This document shows, in pieces, positions 42,031-52,729 of a stretch of DNA of 64,000 nt. A program made the position numbers and the translations under genes. The stretch covers positions 74,078 through 138,077 of the forward strand of contig JACRPL010000003.1 of NCBI GenBank assembly GCA_016223245.1. The letters are read 5' to 3'. The stretch comes from Candidatus Saganbacteria bacterium (GTDB lineage: Bacteria > Margulisbacteria > WOR-1 > XYC2-FULL-46-14 > XYC2-FULL-37-10). The notes under the pieces are model-generated. The model was not told the DNA's origin, did not search any database, and saw only the letters and a program-made list of their open reading frames with translations. Every line of letters starts with the position of its first letter. The first letter of the stretch is position 1.

Positions 42031-43014
42031 ATGAAAGTAAATAGCAAAGATTACCGAACAGTCTGGATGGAAAAGCATTCGGTATTCATGATAGAACAGA
42101 ATCTCCTTCCGTTCGAATTCAAGATCGTTGAACTTAAAAATTATCATGAAACCTGCCATGCGATCAAGACAATGATAGTGAGGGGGGCGGGGGCGATCGG
42201 TGCTACTGCCGGGTTTGCAATGGCGCAAGCATTTCTTGCTGGAGAAGATGTTGAAAAGGCAAAAAAAGAGATAGAAAATACTAGGCCAACAGCCCAAAAT
42301 CTTTTTTATGCGGTCAACCGTGTCTTTTCCTCAAAATCTCCTGCCAAAGAAGCGCAAGCAATAGCAAATGAAGATGCGGCTGCCTGCAAAAAAATAGGCG
42401 AATATGGAAATGAGTTGATAAAAGACGGATTTAATATTGAAACCCACTGCAATGCCGGCTGGCTGGCATTTGTCGATTATGGAAGCGCCCTTTCGCCGAT
42501 TTATGCCGCTAGGAGACAAAAGAAAAAAGTATTTGTTTATGTTGATGAAACAAGACCGAGGGGGCAGGGGGCGCGGCTTACCGCATGGGAGCTTTATAAC
42601 GAAAAAGTTCCTCATAAAATTATTCCCGATAATGCGGGGGCTTATTTAATGTCTCAAGGCAAAGTCGACATGATGATCGTCGGAGCCGATAGGATCGCCA
42701 AAAACCATGATGTTGCAAACAAGATAGGCACATTCGAGAAAGCGATCGCGGCCAAAGAATTCGGCATTCCATTTTATATTGCCGCCCCAACTTCAACATT
42801 TGATAAAAACTGCAAAACAGGAAAAGATATACCGATAGAAGAAAGAAGCGAAAACGAAGTGCTGTACCAGACCGGACCAAGCAAAGCGGGGAAAATTGAA
42901 AAAATATTGGTCGCTTCTCCCGGATCGCATGCGCTAAATCCGGGATTTGATGTAACGCTTGCAAAATATATTACAGGAATAATTACAGAAAACGGCATAA
43001 TAAAACCTTATTGA
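42031..43014 (+). CDS. mtnA: Methylthioribose-1-phosphate isomerase
   Basis: MIVRGAGAIG, TRPTA, THCNAG, ETRP..QGARLT, GADRI, ANKIGT. Confidence 0.95.
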   Translation: MKVNSKDYRTVWMEKHSVFMIEQNLLPFEFKIVELKNYHETCHAIKTMIVRGAGAIGATAGFAMAQAFLAGEDVEKAKKEIENTRPTAQNLFYAVNRVFSSKSPAKEAQAIANEDAAACKKIGEYGNELIKDGFNIETHCNAGWLAFVDYGSALSPIYAARRQKKKVFVYVDETRPRGQGARLTAWELYNEKVPHKIIPDNAGAYLMSQGKVDMMIVGADRIAKNHDVANKIGTFEKAIAAKEFGIPFYIAAPTSTFDKNCKTGKDIPIEERSENEVLYQTGPSKAGKIEKILVASPGSHALNPGFDVTLAKYITGIITENGIIKPY

Positions 43015-43060
43015 CATATTTACTCTATCATGATAAAGTAAATCATAGGTTAATATTATC

Positions 43061-44200
43061 ATGTTCAAGAGATTGCAAAAATTTGTTGATTTAGGCTTGG
43101 AAACATGTTTTCTATGGGGAGCTAGGCAAACCGGCAAAAGCACATTGTTAAAAACATTATTCCCCAATGCTCCATATTATGATCTTTTACTTTCAGATGA
43201 ATTTGCTCGTTTAACTGCCAGTCCCGCGATACTTCGGCAAGACCTATTGGCCAATCACCCTAAAGGCCCTGTTATTCTTGATGAAGTTCAAAAGATACCT
43301 CCTTTGCTTGATGAAGTCCAATGGTTGATTACCAATCATAAAATCCAATTTATCCTTTGTGGTTCAAGCGCCAGGAAACTTAGGCGCGAAGGCGGCAACC
43401 TGCTTGGGGGGAGGGCTCTACGCTATGAACTTTTTCCGCTGGTTTATAAAGAGATCCCTGATTTTGATCTCTTGCGCGCGCTTAACCATGGGCTTATTCC
43501 AAGGCATTATCTCGCGGCAAAACCACAACCGTTGCTGGAATCATATGTTGGGGAATACCTCCAGGAAGAAATAGCCGCCGAGGCTGTCACACGCAACATC
43601 CCTGCTTTTACCAAATTTCTTACTGCCGCTGCCTTTAGCAACGGGAGTATCGTGAATTTTAAGAATATAGCCTCCGAGTGCGGCGTAAGTGCCGTCACGG
43701 CAAAAGCATATTTTCAGATCCTAACCGACACATTGGTCGCACGCTGGATCCCCGTCTTTCAAAAAAAACCAAAACGCCGCGTGATCCAGGCCCCCCGCTT
43801 TTATTTTTTCGACCTCGGCATAGTAAATTATTTATTGAAACGTCGGAATTTAGAGCCCGGAAGCGAGATTTTTGGGGCGGCTTTTGAGCATTATATATTA
43901 CAAGAGATGGTCGCTTACAGCCACTACTCCAGGAAAAAATTTGAAATAGCTTATTGGCGCACAGCTTCCCAGCTTGAAGTTGATTTTATTTTGGGCGACC
44001 ATGAAATAGCCGTGGAAATAAAAGCCGCCAAAAACGTTAACCTCTTCCATCTGAAAGGGCTCAAGGCCTTTTCGGAAGAATATTCTACAAGACAGAACAT
44101 TGTTGTTTCTCTGGATCCCCGGCCCAGGCAAATTGATAACATTAATATCCTGCCCTGGCAAGAATTCCTGGAAAAATTGTGGGCTGGCCAAATCATTTAA
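43061..44200 (+). CDS. AAA+ ATPase with DUF4143 domain
   Basis: GARQTGKST, LDEVQK, GSSARKL, FYFFDLG, YWRT…EVDFI…VEIK. Confidence 0.9.
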   Translation: MFKRLQKFVDLGLETCFLWGARQTGKSTLLKTLFPNAPYYDLLLSDEFARLTASPAILRQDLLANHPKGPVILDEVQKIPPLLDEVQWLITNHKIQFILCGSSARKLRREGGNLLGGRALRYELFPLVYKEIPDFDLLRALNHGLIPRHYLAAKPQPLLESYVGEYLQEEIAAEAVTRNIPAFTKFLTAAAFSNGSIVNFKNIASECGVSAVTAKAYFQILTDTLVARWIPVFQKKPKRRVIQAPRFYFFDLGIVNYLLKRRNLEPGSEIFGAAFEHYILQEMVAYSHYSRKKFEIAYWRTASQLEVDFILGDHEIAVEIKAAKNVNLFHLKGLKAFSEEYSTRQNIVVSLDPRPRQIDNINILPWQEFLEKLWAGQII

Positions 44201-44275
44201 CAAATAAAATCAGGATTGAACTCGCAGAATATTAGGAATATACTATCATCGAAATCTATCAACGGGAGGCATATT

Positions 44276-45075
44276 ATGAATTTTTTTGCTGATCGTTTCT
44301 TTGGATGGATGACATATGAACCTGTGATCGGCCTTATGATGGTAATATCCGCGCTTGTTTTATTTCTTGCAAATTATAAAAAATCCGAGAAACAGGAAAC
44401 ATTTTGGGAATGGGGAAAGCGCGTAATTGAATCGCTTGTTATCGTCTTATTATTCTTGGGGCTTTTATGGTCGTTCAGGGCGATATTGACCAATTGCCTG
44501 CAGCGCAAATAAATTATCCGGAAGGCTGTTTGACCCCGACAACTATTTCAAAAACTTCGGATGGAAAGGGGACAATCTTGGAATGGAAATTGGATAAAGC
44601 CCTAACGACAGCGGGAATGGGAGTAGCGCTGCCAAAACCCGAACAGCCCGGCGCAAAAGTGAGCCTGGTATTAAAAAACAACCCTTATACTTTGATGCTT
44701 TTGGTGGTAACGATCTGCCTGACATTCTTGATCTTAGGGGAGAAGATCAACTTCTTGGAAATCTCCCTTTTATCAGCGGTCTATTACATCCTTTTTATCA
44801 CAATGGCCTCTGTTTCGGATCATTTCATCGGGTTTTTTGGGTCATTGGCTTTGGGCTCGGCGATGACGCTGTATCTATCGCACTTATTATATAGGAATTA
44901 TCCAAAAGAGCTGATCAGGAAAAATATTTATTATCTTGTGGTGTTTTTTGCTATTATTTATCCGATTTCCGGATTATTCCCAAGCATAGAGGATTCTTTT
45001 AAAGGGGTTGTAAATGTCTGTTTGATAATTTACCTGTTTTTTATCTCGCTTCATTCAAGAATTAATGGTGAATAA
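44276..45075 (+). pseudogene. Membrane protein gene with internal deletion/frameshift near 44500
   Basis: GGAGG RBS and a 2-TM N-terminus end abruptly; a different frame continues with INYPEGCLTPT… and a multi-TM C-terminus. Confidence 0.6.
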
Positions 45076-45367
45076 GGGGAATATTACGTTTAATTTAAGG
45101 CGGATATATTTTGCAGGTTTATTGCTAATATTCCTTCTGCAAGCTTTATCGTATGCTTTGCAAAATAAACATATCTACGATAACGCCGATATTCTTTCTG
45201 GTCCTGACGAGCTGAAACTGGGAAAAACCCTTTCGGAATATGACAAGGCAAGCGATGTCGATATAGAAATATTAACCGTGAAAACCTTGAAAGGCCAAAC
45301 CCCGAGCGACCATGCCGACGTGATGTATAAAAGCTTGAAAGTCGGGAAAAATCCTTCAAATAGCTGA
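45065..45367 (+). pseudogene. TPM-domain protein fragment
   Basis: Signal peptide plus IYDNADILS…IEILTVKTL…LKVG; stops mid-domain. Confidence 0.6.
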
Positions 45368-45385
45368 GCTCTTATAATAATTGCC

Positions 45386-45619
45386 ATGAAGGAAGGCGAC
45401 ATCAGGATCGTAAGGTTTGATGCGAAGTATGTCTCTGTTTCGGGGACAAAACTTTTGGTTGAAGACGCGAAGGGCAAAAGAATTGTTGTTGTTACGCCAT
45501 TTATAATAAATAAAGTAATAGAAGCGATAAAGATGATGAAAAAATTCCATGTTTCCATTACTGCGAGGGTTGAAAAACTCGATCCTTTGACCCTGCAGTT
45601 CTTAGGGGTTGAACTTTAA
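45386..45619 (+). CDS. Hypothetical protein or fragment
   Basis: 77-aa beta-rich ORF whose stop overlaps the copA start. Confidence 0.4.
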   Translation: MKEGDIRIVRFDAKYVSVSGTKLLVEDAKGKRIVVVTPFIINKVIEAIKMMKKFHVSITARVEKLDPLTLQFLGVEL

Positions 45620-47898
45620 TGGAGCAAGAAGCAATATTAAAACTTAAAGTCGTCGGTATGGATAATCCTCACTGCGTTGGGACGGTTGGCGGCGCGATTT
45701 CAAGCTTGCAGGGTATCATTTCAAAAGATCTAAGGGTTAATGAACGAGCGGTCATCAAATATGATCCGAAACTAGTCGGTCCAAGCCAAATAAAAAAAGT
45801 TATCGAAGAAGAAGGCTATACGCCGATCGAAGAGGAAGAACTAAGCCTTGATACGGAAAAACAGGCGCGCCAAGCGGAGATCCGTAATTTAAGAGATCGA
45901 TTTTTTGGGTCTTTTATTCTAAGCCTTCCTTTAATGTATTATATGCTGCATTTGCTTTTTGCCTGGCCAATGCCCGAGTTTATGATGAAAAATGCCGCAG
46001 TTATCGAATTTATTCTAACGACGCCTGTTATGGCTTTTGGCAGCATATTTTTTACGCGAGGGATCGTTTCACTTGTTAAAACAAAAACTTCGAACATGGA
46101 TACCTTGGTATCGCTTGGCGTTGGGGCCGCATATTTATACAGTTTATTTGTGACGATCCTCATTTTATTGGGAAATAATACTCTGGGAATGGCCGACCTT
46201 TATTATGAAGTTGCGGGCTTCCTTGTTTCATTCATATTGCTTGGCAAGTATTTGGAAGCTATAGCCAAGGGTAAGACATCCGATGCCATAAAGAAATTGA
46301 TCGGCCTCCAGCCAAAGACCGCGATGGTTGAAATTTCAGGCAAAGAAACCGAAAAAAATATAAATGACGTCGTAGTAGGCGATATTGTTGTCGTAAAACC
46401 CGGAGGAAAAGTCCCTGTTGACGGGGAGATCGTAAGCGGACATTCGTCAGTTGATGAATCTATGGTTACGGGGGAGAGCATCCCGGTCGAAAAGAATATT
46501 GGCGATAAAGTAATTGGCGCGACCATAAATAAAACGGGTTCATTCAAATTAAAAGCGGAAAAGATCGGAAAAGATTCGTTCTTGGCACAAGTCATAAAAC
46601 TTGTTGAAGAAGCGCAGGGAAGCAAAGCCCCGATTGAAGAGCTTGCGGATAAGATCTCATCCTATTTTGTCCCTACGGTGTTCTTGATCGGCGTCGTTTC
46701 TTTTATTGTTTGGCTGATCGTCGGTCAGACTTTTGCTTTTGCCCTTTCGGCTTTTATCGCGGTCATTATTATCGCGTGTCCATGCGCGTTGGGCCTTGCA
46801 ACTCCTACGGCTGTGATGGTTGGAACTGGACTTGGGGCCGAACACGGCATATTGATCAAGAGCGCCGAGGCATTACAGATGGCCTCGCAGATAAAGACTA
46901 TCGTATTTGATAAAACGGGAACACTAACGAAAGGGGAGCCGGTGGTGACGGATATTGTCCCGGTGGAACCTGCGAATAAACTTCGCGGTTCCACCGGAAG
47001 TTTATCGGAACCGAGACGTTTAGTCTCAGGTTCCGATCTTTTACTATATGCAGCGATTGCTGAAAAGAGGTCCGAGCATCCATTGGCTGAAGCTATATTG
47101 AAAAAAGCCAAGGATGAAAACCTTGAAATTCCCGAACCCGATAAATTTGATTCTGTCTCGGGTAAGGGCGTTGTCGTTTCATATAAAAACGAAGAGATCT
47201 TGTTCGGAAACAGGGGGCTCATGAACGATAAGAAAGTTGATTTCTCCGATATTGAGGGAAAGATACAAGAATTAGAATCCCTTGGAAAGACCGTTATGCT
47301 TGTCGCCAAAAATAATATTTTCCAAGGTTTGATCGGGGTTTCAGATACACTAAAAGAAAATTCGGTCACCGCGGTGAGCATCCTCAAAAAAATGGGGATA
47401 AATGCTTTGATGATAACGGGCGACAATAAGCGGACAGCCGATGCAGTGGCCAAGCTTGCGGGGTTGAGCAAGGCATTAGCGGAGGTATTGCCGCAGGATA
47501 AAGCGGAAAATATAAAAAAGCTCCAAAAATACGGAGATATTGTTGCAATGGTGGGCGATGGGATCAACGATGCTCCGGCTCTAGCGCAGGCCGATATAGG
47601 AATTGCGATCGGATCCGGCACCGATGTCGCGATAGAGACAGGGGAAATCATTTTGGTTAAAGACGATATGCGGGATGTTGTGACCGCGATCAAACTTAGC
47701 AAGTATGCGATGCTAAAGATCAAACAAAACCTCTTTTGGGCTTTTATTTATAATGTGATCGGGGTCCCGGTAGCCGCCGGAGTTTTATATCCTTTTACCG
47801 GACTTTTACTTAATCCGGTAATTGCCGGCGCCGCAATGGCCTTTTCATCTGTTTCTGTTGTAAGTAATTCGTTACTTATGAAGCGGTTTAGGGCTTAA
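45619..47898 (+). CDS. copA: Cu(I)-translocating P1B ATPase
   Basis: HMA domain (GMDNPHC variant), TGES, CPCALG, DKTGT, SEHP, GDGIND, YN, MAFSS. Confidence 0.95.
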   Translation: MEQEAILKLKVVGMDNPHCVGTVGGAISSLQGIISKDLRVNERAVIKYDPKLVGPSQIKKVIEEEGYTPIEEEELSLDTEKQARQAEIRNLRDRFFGSFILSLPLMYYMLHLLFAWPMPEFMMKNAAVIEFILTTPVMAFGSIFFTRGIVSLVKTKTSNMDTLVSLGVGAAYLYSLFVTILILLGNNTLGMADLYYEVAGFLVSFILLGKYLEAIAKGKTSDAIKKLIGLQPKTAMVEISGKETEKNINDVVVGDIVVVKPGGKVPVDGEIVSGHSSVDESMVTGESIPVEKNIGDKVIGATINKTGSFKLKAEKIGKDSFLAQVIKLVEEAQGSKAPIEELADKISSYFVPTVFLIGVVSFIVWLIVGQTFAFALSAFIAVIIIACPCALGLATPTAVMVGTGLGAEHGILIKSAEALQMASQIKTIVFDKTGTLTKGEPVVTDIVPVEPANKLRGSTGSLSEPRRLVSGSDLLLYAAIAEKRSEHPLAEAILKKAKDENLEIPEPDKFDSVSGKGVVVSYKNEEILFGNRGLMNDKKVDFSDIEGKIQELESLGKTVMLVAKNNIFQGLIGVSDTLKENSVTAVSILKKMGINALMITGDNKRTADAVAKLAGLSKALAEVLPQDKAENIKKLQKYGDIVAMVGDGINDAPALAQADIGIAIGSGTDVAIETGEIILVKDDMRDVVTAIKLSKYAMLKIKQNLFWAFIYNVIGVPVAAGVLYPFTGLLLNPVIAGAAMAFSSVSVVSNSLLMKRFRA
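46960..47037. repeat. Two palindromes in frame in copA
   Basis: CCGGTGGAACC…GGTTCCACCGG and ATCGGAACCGAGACGTTTAGTCTCAGGTTCCGAT; relatives at 146-244 and in the IS ends. Confidence 0.88.
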
Positions 47899-47965
47899 AA
47901 AGGAGATTTCAGGGCGGGCTGGCAGAAACGCTTAAGCCCACTTTTATTTTAAAGCACGATCTGCT

Positions 47966-48103
47966 TTAGAACCAGCCTTGAGCCTTGCCTATTAAGTAGA
48001 TCGCTACTACGGCAACCATGATCATCATTCCCCATTCGTGTATGCATGGGGCGCCAGGCCGATTATTTTTACAATCTTCTGTCAAGCCGCACATTAATGC
48101 CAT
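47966..48103 (-). CDS. 45-aa Cys/His-containing membrane protein (absent from the ORF track)
   Basis: MALMCGLTEDCKNNRPGAPCIHEWGMMIMVAVVAIYLIGKAQGWF with a GGGGTGA RBS. Confidence 0.6.
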   Translation of the reverse strand: MALMCGLTEDCKNNRPGAPCIHEWGMMIMVAVVAIYLIGKAQGWF

Positions 48104-48158
48104 TTCTTTCACCCCCATTTTTATTATTTAAATTATATTCCCAAGAATAAAGAGCGTA

Positions 48159-48174
48159 TGTAAGATAACTTACG
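48159..48174. promoter_or_regulatory. Crp/NtcA-like site between divergent genes
   Basis: TGTAA-N6-TTACG (GTA-N8-TAC). Confidence 0.35.
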
Positions 48175-48267
48175 CTTTGCTTTTAGGTGGTTTTTCGACT
48201 TGACATGCATTGGGCATAACGATAGACTCTATCGCAATATGAAATAGAAAAAAGGGGGGGGGATAAT

Positions 48268-49296
48268 TTGCCGGAATTAAGACAGGATCCGACCACTAAA
48301 GAATGGGTGATCATCGCAACAGAGAGAGGCAAGCGGCCGGAAGATTTTAAAACTCAAGCTGATGATGAAGATCCGGAAACGAAAAAGACTTGCCCTTTTT
48401 GTCCCGGCAAAGAAAGTCGAAGTCCGGGAGAGATTTTCGCTTTTAGAGATCCAGGATCCAAACCCGATACTCCCGGTTGGAAAGTCCGTGTCGTGCCTAA
48501 TAAATTTCCGGCCTTAATTCCTGGTTCCAACGGTGAACGCCATATTCAAGCGGATCACTTTAAATACATGGCCGGAGTCGGCAAACATGAAGTAGTGATC
48601 GGCACCCCGCGCCATGAAGAGGATATCCCTCTTATGAGCGATGAACAGATTGAACTTGTTTTTTTGGCTATCCAAGAGCGCTGTAAAGCTCTTTGTGAAG
48701 GCCAAAATCTGCAGCATGTAACTATTTTTAAGAATCATAAGCAAGCCGCTGGGACTTCTCTTAGGCATCCGCACTGCCAAATTATTGCTACCCCTTTTGC
48801 GCCGGTCCAGGTCCGCCACCGCTTAGAAACTGCTATGAGTTATTTTGATGAAAACGGAGAATGTGTTTTTTGCGCAACCTTGGAAAAAGAAAAATTTTTC
48901 AAGAAGCGGATAATCTTGGAAACGGATTCTTATATCGCTTTTTCGCCTTTTGCATCCAGCACTCCCTTTGAAACCCAAATTTTCCTAAAGAGGCATGCTT
49001 CTAATTTCTGGCAAAGCACTAAAGAAGAAGTAAAAGAAGCCGCCCACGCGGTCAAGATGATCTTAGGCAAAATGTATGTAGGTTTGCATAATCCGCCGTA
49101 TAATTTTGTTATTCGTTCAGGGCCATCACATGAACCGCATCTCGAGTACTATCATTTTTTCATCCAGATCATACCTCGGATAACTGGGATCGCCGGTTTT
49201 GAGCTTGGTTCGGGAATTTATATCAATACGGTCGCACCAGAAGATGGGGCGGAATTTTTAAGAGAAATAAATTATAAGGGCGCAAATAACGGATGA
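48268..49296 (+). CDS. galT: Galactose-1-phosphate uridylyltransferase family protein
   Basis: PELRQDP..KEWVI, RGKRP, CPFCPG, NKFPAL, SLRHPHCQ, AGFELGSG. Confidence 0.92.
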   Translation: MPELRQDPTTKEWVIIATERGKRPEDFKTQADDEDPETKKTCPFCPGKESRSPGEIFAFRDPGSKPDTPGWKVRVVPNKFPALIPGSNGERHIQADHFKYMAGVGKHEVVIGTPRHEEDIPLMSDEQIELVFLAIQERCKALCEGQNLQHVTIFKNHKQAAGTSLRHPHCQIIATPFAPVQVRHRLETAMSYFDENGECVFCATLEKEKFFKKRIILETDSYIAFSPFASSTPFETQIFLKRHASNFWQSTKEEVKEAAHAVKMILGKMYVGLHNPPYNFVIRSGPSHEPHLEYYHFFIQIIPRITGIAGFELGSGIYINTVAPEDGAEFLREINYKGANNG

Positions 49297-49586
49297 AAAT
49301 TAAAAATAGCGTGGAAGCCCTGCTCGAAATTACAGGCGGCCTTTGTTCGGCGGCTTTGGCTTCTATTTGCTGCTGGGGACCGGTAGTTTTAGCGGCTTTT
49401 GGGTTGGGGAGCGGAGCGCTTGCTCAATTTACTGCATATCGATGGGGCTTTATTCTTCTCGCATTTATTTTTCTTAGTAGATCTCTTTACCTGGCTTATA
49501 AGGCCCAGAGCAAGAGAAATATTATTATTATTTTGGTTATTATTTTTATTGCTGTATTTTTTATTTTATTGCCGTTTGCGCTGTAA
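49293..49586 (+). CDS. MerT-like mercury transporter
   Basis: 3 TM segments with an LASICCWGP vicinal Cys pair; directly upstream of merA. Confidence 0.7.
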   Translation: MKIKNSVEALLEITGGLCSAALASICCWGPVVLAAFGLGSGALAQFTAYRWGFILLAFIFLSRSLYLAYKAQSKRNIIIILVIIFIAVFFILLPFAL

Positions 49587-49636
49587 TCATTCGAAATGAA
49601 TATATTGTGTAAACCTGGTTAAAGAGGAGCAAAATA

Positions 49637-51046
49637 ATGCGAAAAAAGGAATATGATTTCATTATCATTGGCGGCGGGGCGGCTGGTTTTGCCGCGGCGA
49701 TCAAGGCAGACGAGCTGGGTGCAAAAACAGCCATGATCAATGCCGGCTTGCCGATCGGCGGCACCTGCGTTAATGTTGGTTGCGTCCCGACCAAGCATCT
49801 TTTAGAGGTGGGACGCGATTATTATGCGCCGCAGCATCCCCGCTTTGCTTCATTGGGCAGGGTTAAGGCGGAATTTAATTTTAAACAAGCGATCGAGGAA
49901 AAAAACAAACTGGTCGCCGGGTTTCGCCAAAGCAAATACAAAAATGTTGTGGCCAATCTTAAAAGGGTCACTTTTGTCGCTGGGCGAGCTGAATTTGTTT
50001 CGGCTAAAGAGATTAAAGTTGGCAAAGATCTGCTGACGGCTAAGAAATTTTTGATCACCACTGGGTCGTCATCTAAAATCTTGCCGATTCTAGGGCTTGA
50101 TCAGGTCGATTATCTAACTAATGTTGAGGCTCTAAATTTAAAAAGGCTTCCTAAATCAATAATTATTTTAGGCGGAGGGCCGCTTGGCTTAGAATTTGCC
50201 CAACTTTTTAGACATTTTGGGACTAAAGTAACTGTAATCGAACTTATGGATAAGATTCTCTCGGCGCAGGAAAATGAGATTTCTTTAGCTTTGCGAAAAT
50301 ATCTTGAGACGGATGGAATTACGCTTAAAGTCGGGGCTAAAACCACGCGAGTCCAACAAAAAGGCGGACTAAAAAATGTTGAGATCAAAAGCCTGGGAAA
50401 AACTTTTCAATTAAGCGCCGAAGAATTGTTGCTGGCGGCAGGGGTAGTCGGAAACACCTCCAATATGGGGCTGGAAGAAATCGGCGTCAAAATTGGCGAG
50501 GGTGGCTTTATTAAGGTTAACAAATATTATCAAACTTCCGTGCCAAATATCTGGGCAGCTGGCGATGTGGCCGGACCGCCCTGGCTGGAAACAGTGGCAG
50601 CTAAGGAAGGCAACTTGGCTGCGCGCAATGCTTTGTCCAATGCCAAGTTAAAAGTAAATTATGATGCTGTGCCTTATGCTGTTTTCACTTCACCGCAAGT
50701 TGGCAGCGTTGGATTAACCGAAGAAGAATATATGAAGCGTTTTAAGACCTGTGCCTGTCGCGTAGTCTGGATGGATCAAGTTCCCAAAGCTTTAGCCGTC
50801 AAAGAAACCCGCGGTCTGATCAAAATGGTTATTCACCATAAAACAGGGAAGATAATGGGGGTACATATTTTATCGGCTGAAGCGGTCGACTTGATCCACG
50901 AAGCAACGATTGCCGTCAAGTTTGGCTTAACTATTGACCAAATAATCGATACTTTGCATGTTTTCCCGACTCTGTCCGAAGCCATCAAACTTGTTGCTCA
51001 ATCATTTAATAAGGATATTAGCCAATTGAGTTGTTGCGTGGAATAA
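49637..51046 (+). CDS. merA: Mercuric reductase lacking the NmerA domain
   Basis: GGTCVNVGCVP redox pair plus C-terminal SCCVE. Confidence 0.88.
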   Translation: MRKKEYDFIIIGGGAAGFAAAIKADELGAKTAMINAGLPIGGTCVNVGCVPTKHLLEVGRDYYAPQHPRFASLGRVKAEFNFKQAIEEKNKLVAGFRQSKYKNVVANLKRVTFVAGRAEFVSAKEIKVGKDLLTAKKFLITTGSSSKILPILGLDQVDYLTNVEALNLKRLPKSIIILGGGPLGLEFAQLFRHFGTKVTVIELMDKILSAQENEISLALRKYLETDGITLKVGAKTTRVQQKGGLKNVEIKSLGKTFQLSAEELLLAAGVVGNTSNMGLEEIGVKIGEGGFIKVNKYYQTSVPNIWAAGDVAGPPWLETVAAKEGNLAARNALSNAKLKVNYDAVPYAVFTSPQVGSVGLTEEEYMKRFKTCACRVVWMDQVPKALAVKETRGLIKMVIHHKTGKIMGVHILSAEAVDLIHEATIAVKFGLTIDQIIDTLHVFPTLSEAIKLVAQSFNKDISQLSCCVE

Positions 51047-51053
51047 TTACTAT

Positions 51054-51740
51054 ATGAATAAAAAAACCAAACTCTGGTATCTCTCCAATATTAATTTATT
51101 CCAAGGGATGTCGCCGAAAGAAATGAAATGGGTGGAAGGAAAAACCAACATGAAACATTATGTGAAGGGAGAAAATCTTTATTCGACCGAGGGCTCGGGC
51201 GAACAAATTTATTTCCTGAAAGAGGGCTCGGTAAAGCTATCCACGCTTTCACCAGACGGCCAAGAATTTACTCGTGAGATTTTGCGGCCCGGCGACTTGT
51301 TCGGCGAGCTAATGCCGGATAACAGGTCCAAATTTCTGGATGAAAGCTACGCCCAGGCAATGGAAGAAACAATAATTTGCGCAATGTCGGAACGCAATTT
51401 TGAAGAGCTATTGAGAATGAAGCCCAATTTAACGGTTAGGTTGGTTAAGCTGATGGGGTTGAAGCTTCGTACAATCGAGGCCAAACTTACCGATCTTGTT
51501 TTTAAGAGCGTCAGAGAGAGATTGGCAGGCCTTCTTGTTAAATTGGCCGAAGAGTTCGGCCAAAAATTTGAAGGATTTTTGCGGATCGGGACAAGTGTCG
51601 CTCACCAGGAGATGGCAAATCTTATTGGTTCAAGCCGTGAAACCACGACGCTCACATTAAATGAGTTCAAAAGAGCAGGGATTATCGAAATCAAAGGTCG
51701 AGAGATCTTCATTAAAAATATATCAAGGCTTAAGTTCTAG
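51054..51740 (+). CDS. Crp/Fnr family regulator
   Basis: GDLFGE, RERLA, HQEMANLIGSSRET HTH. Confidence 0.92.
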   Translation: MNKKTKLWYLSNINLFQGMSPKEMKWVEGKTNMKHYVKGENLYSTEGSGEQIYFLKEGSVKLSTLSPDGQEFTREILRPGDLFGELMPDNRSKFLDESYAQAMEETIICAMSERNFEELLRMKPNLTVRLVKLMGLKLRTIEAKLTDLVFKSVRERLAGLLVKLAEEFGQKFEGFLRIGTSVAHQEMANLIGSSRETTTLTLNEFKRAGIIEIKGREIFIKNISRLKF

Positions 51741-51802
51741 TTTGGATTTTTCTTGATCTTATAATGGCAGGAAAACTTTTTTATAAAAGCGGAGGCCAGT
51801 TG

Positions 51803-52471
51803 TTATCGCAGCAAATCTTTTGAAATTGATTCTCTCCAAGAATTGAAGAATTCGGACAGCTTTCCGATTTCACATTCCTTGACAAGCAAAAGCATATCGG
51901 CTGAATTAGCCGAAAATGTATTAATTCTTTCGAATGCCACCCCCAGCCAATACAAATCAAAACCCGGATCTTTTTCTTTCGACAATCCCATTAGTTTTTC
52001 TTTTGTAAAATAGCCTTCTTTCACAAGAAAATATACATCTATAAAATCACGCAAAGTCGCCCTGCCAAATAAAGCCAAAAGCTTATTTGAGGCAATGTCG
52101 ACCAAACTGTCTATTTTGATTTTTGGAAATTCATTTGATGCCTTGGAAGGCTCAAAACGAAAAGGGGAGTCCTGTGCTAGGTGGATCAGCGTGGATTTGC
52201 CGCCTTTCTTGATTGCTAATTCGACAAATGAGCCTAATCCCCGCGATCTGTCAATGAGGAAATCCCTTTCCTTTAATTCTTTTTCAAGGCTAAAGCTAAA
52301 CGGCTGGATAATATTTTCTTCCGCTGTAAAAAAATCAAGATCATTGCTTTTCCTGTGCCTAAGATAAAAGGCCGCAAGAGCCGTTCCCCCCGTCAGATAA
52401 AAAAGATGGCTATCTGGAGCAAGGCCAAAATTATCTAAAAGCTCTTTTTGTAATGGATTTAGAATTTCCAA
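51803..52471 (-). CDS. AbiEii/AbiGii-like nucleotidyltransferase
   Basis: FYLTGGTAL…HRKSNDLDFF…NKLLAL..R…RDFIDVY; TTG start after GGGAGG. Confidence 0.88.
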   Translation of the reverse strand: MEILNPLQKELLDNFGLAPDSHLFYLTGGTALAAFYLRHRKSNDLDFFTAEENIIQPFSFSLEKELKERDFLIDRSRGLGSFVELAIKKGGKSTLIHLAQDSPFRFEPSKASNEFPKIKIDSLVDIASNKLLALFGRATLRDFIDVYFLVKEGYFTKEKLMGLSKEKDPGFDLYWLGVAFERINTFSANSADMLLLVKECEIGKLSEFFNSWRESISKDLLR

Positions 52472-52703
52472 TGAAATCCTCCCAAAATATCTTAACTTCA
52501 TTCGGTAAAAATCGCTTCAACCTTAAAAATGATTCCCGAAACTTCGAAGGATTTATTAATTTGAGCAATTCCTTTACATCATTTGTTTTGCCGCAGCTTA
52601 GCACTTGTTGGATATACATATCTAATATGGCTGGATCGTTCAAGTCTAAATTCGCATTATCTTTTAAATACCAGAATAATCTTTTATTTGGCTTTATGCC
52701 CAT
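52431..52703 (-). CDS. Putative antitoxin partner
   Basis: LFW…LDL…IQQVL..G; overlaps the toxin start. Confidence 0.65.
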   Translation of the reverse strand: MGIKPNKRLFWYLKDNANLDLNDPAILDMYIQQVLSCGKTNDVKELLKLINPSKFRESFLRLKRFLPNEVKIFWEDFIGNSKSITKRAFR

Positions 52704-52729
52704 ATCCAGTTATTATAGCATGAAGCGGT

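Noticed and set aside
40086..42272. DGR template/variable repeat pair
   Set aside because: The shared core is identical, flanking differences are not adenine-specific, and there is no reverse transcriptase.
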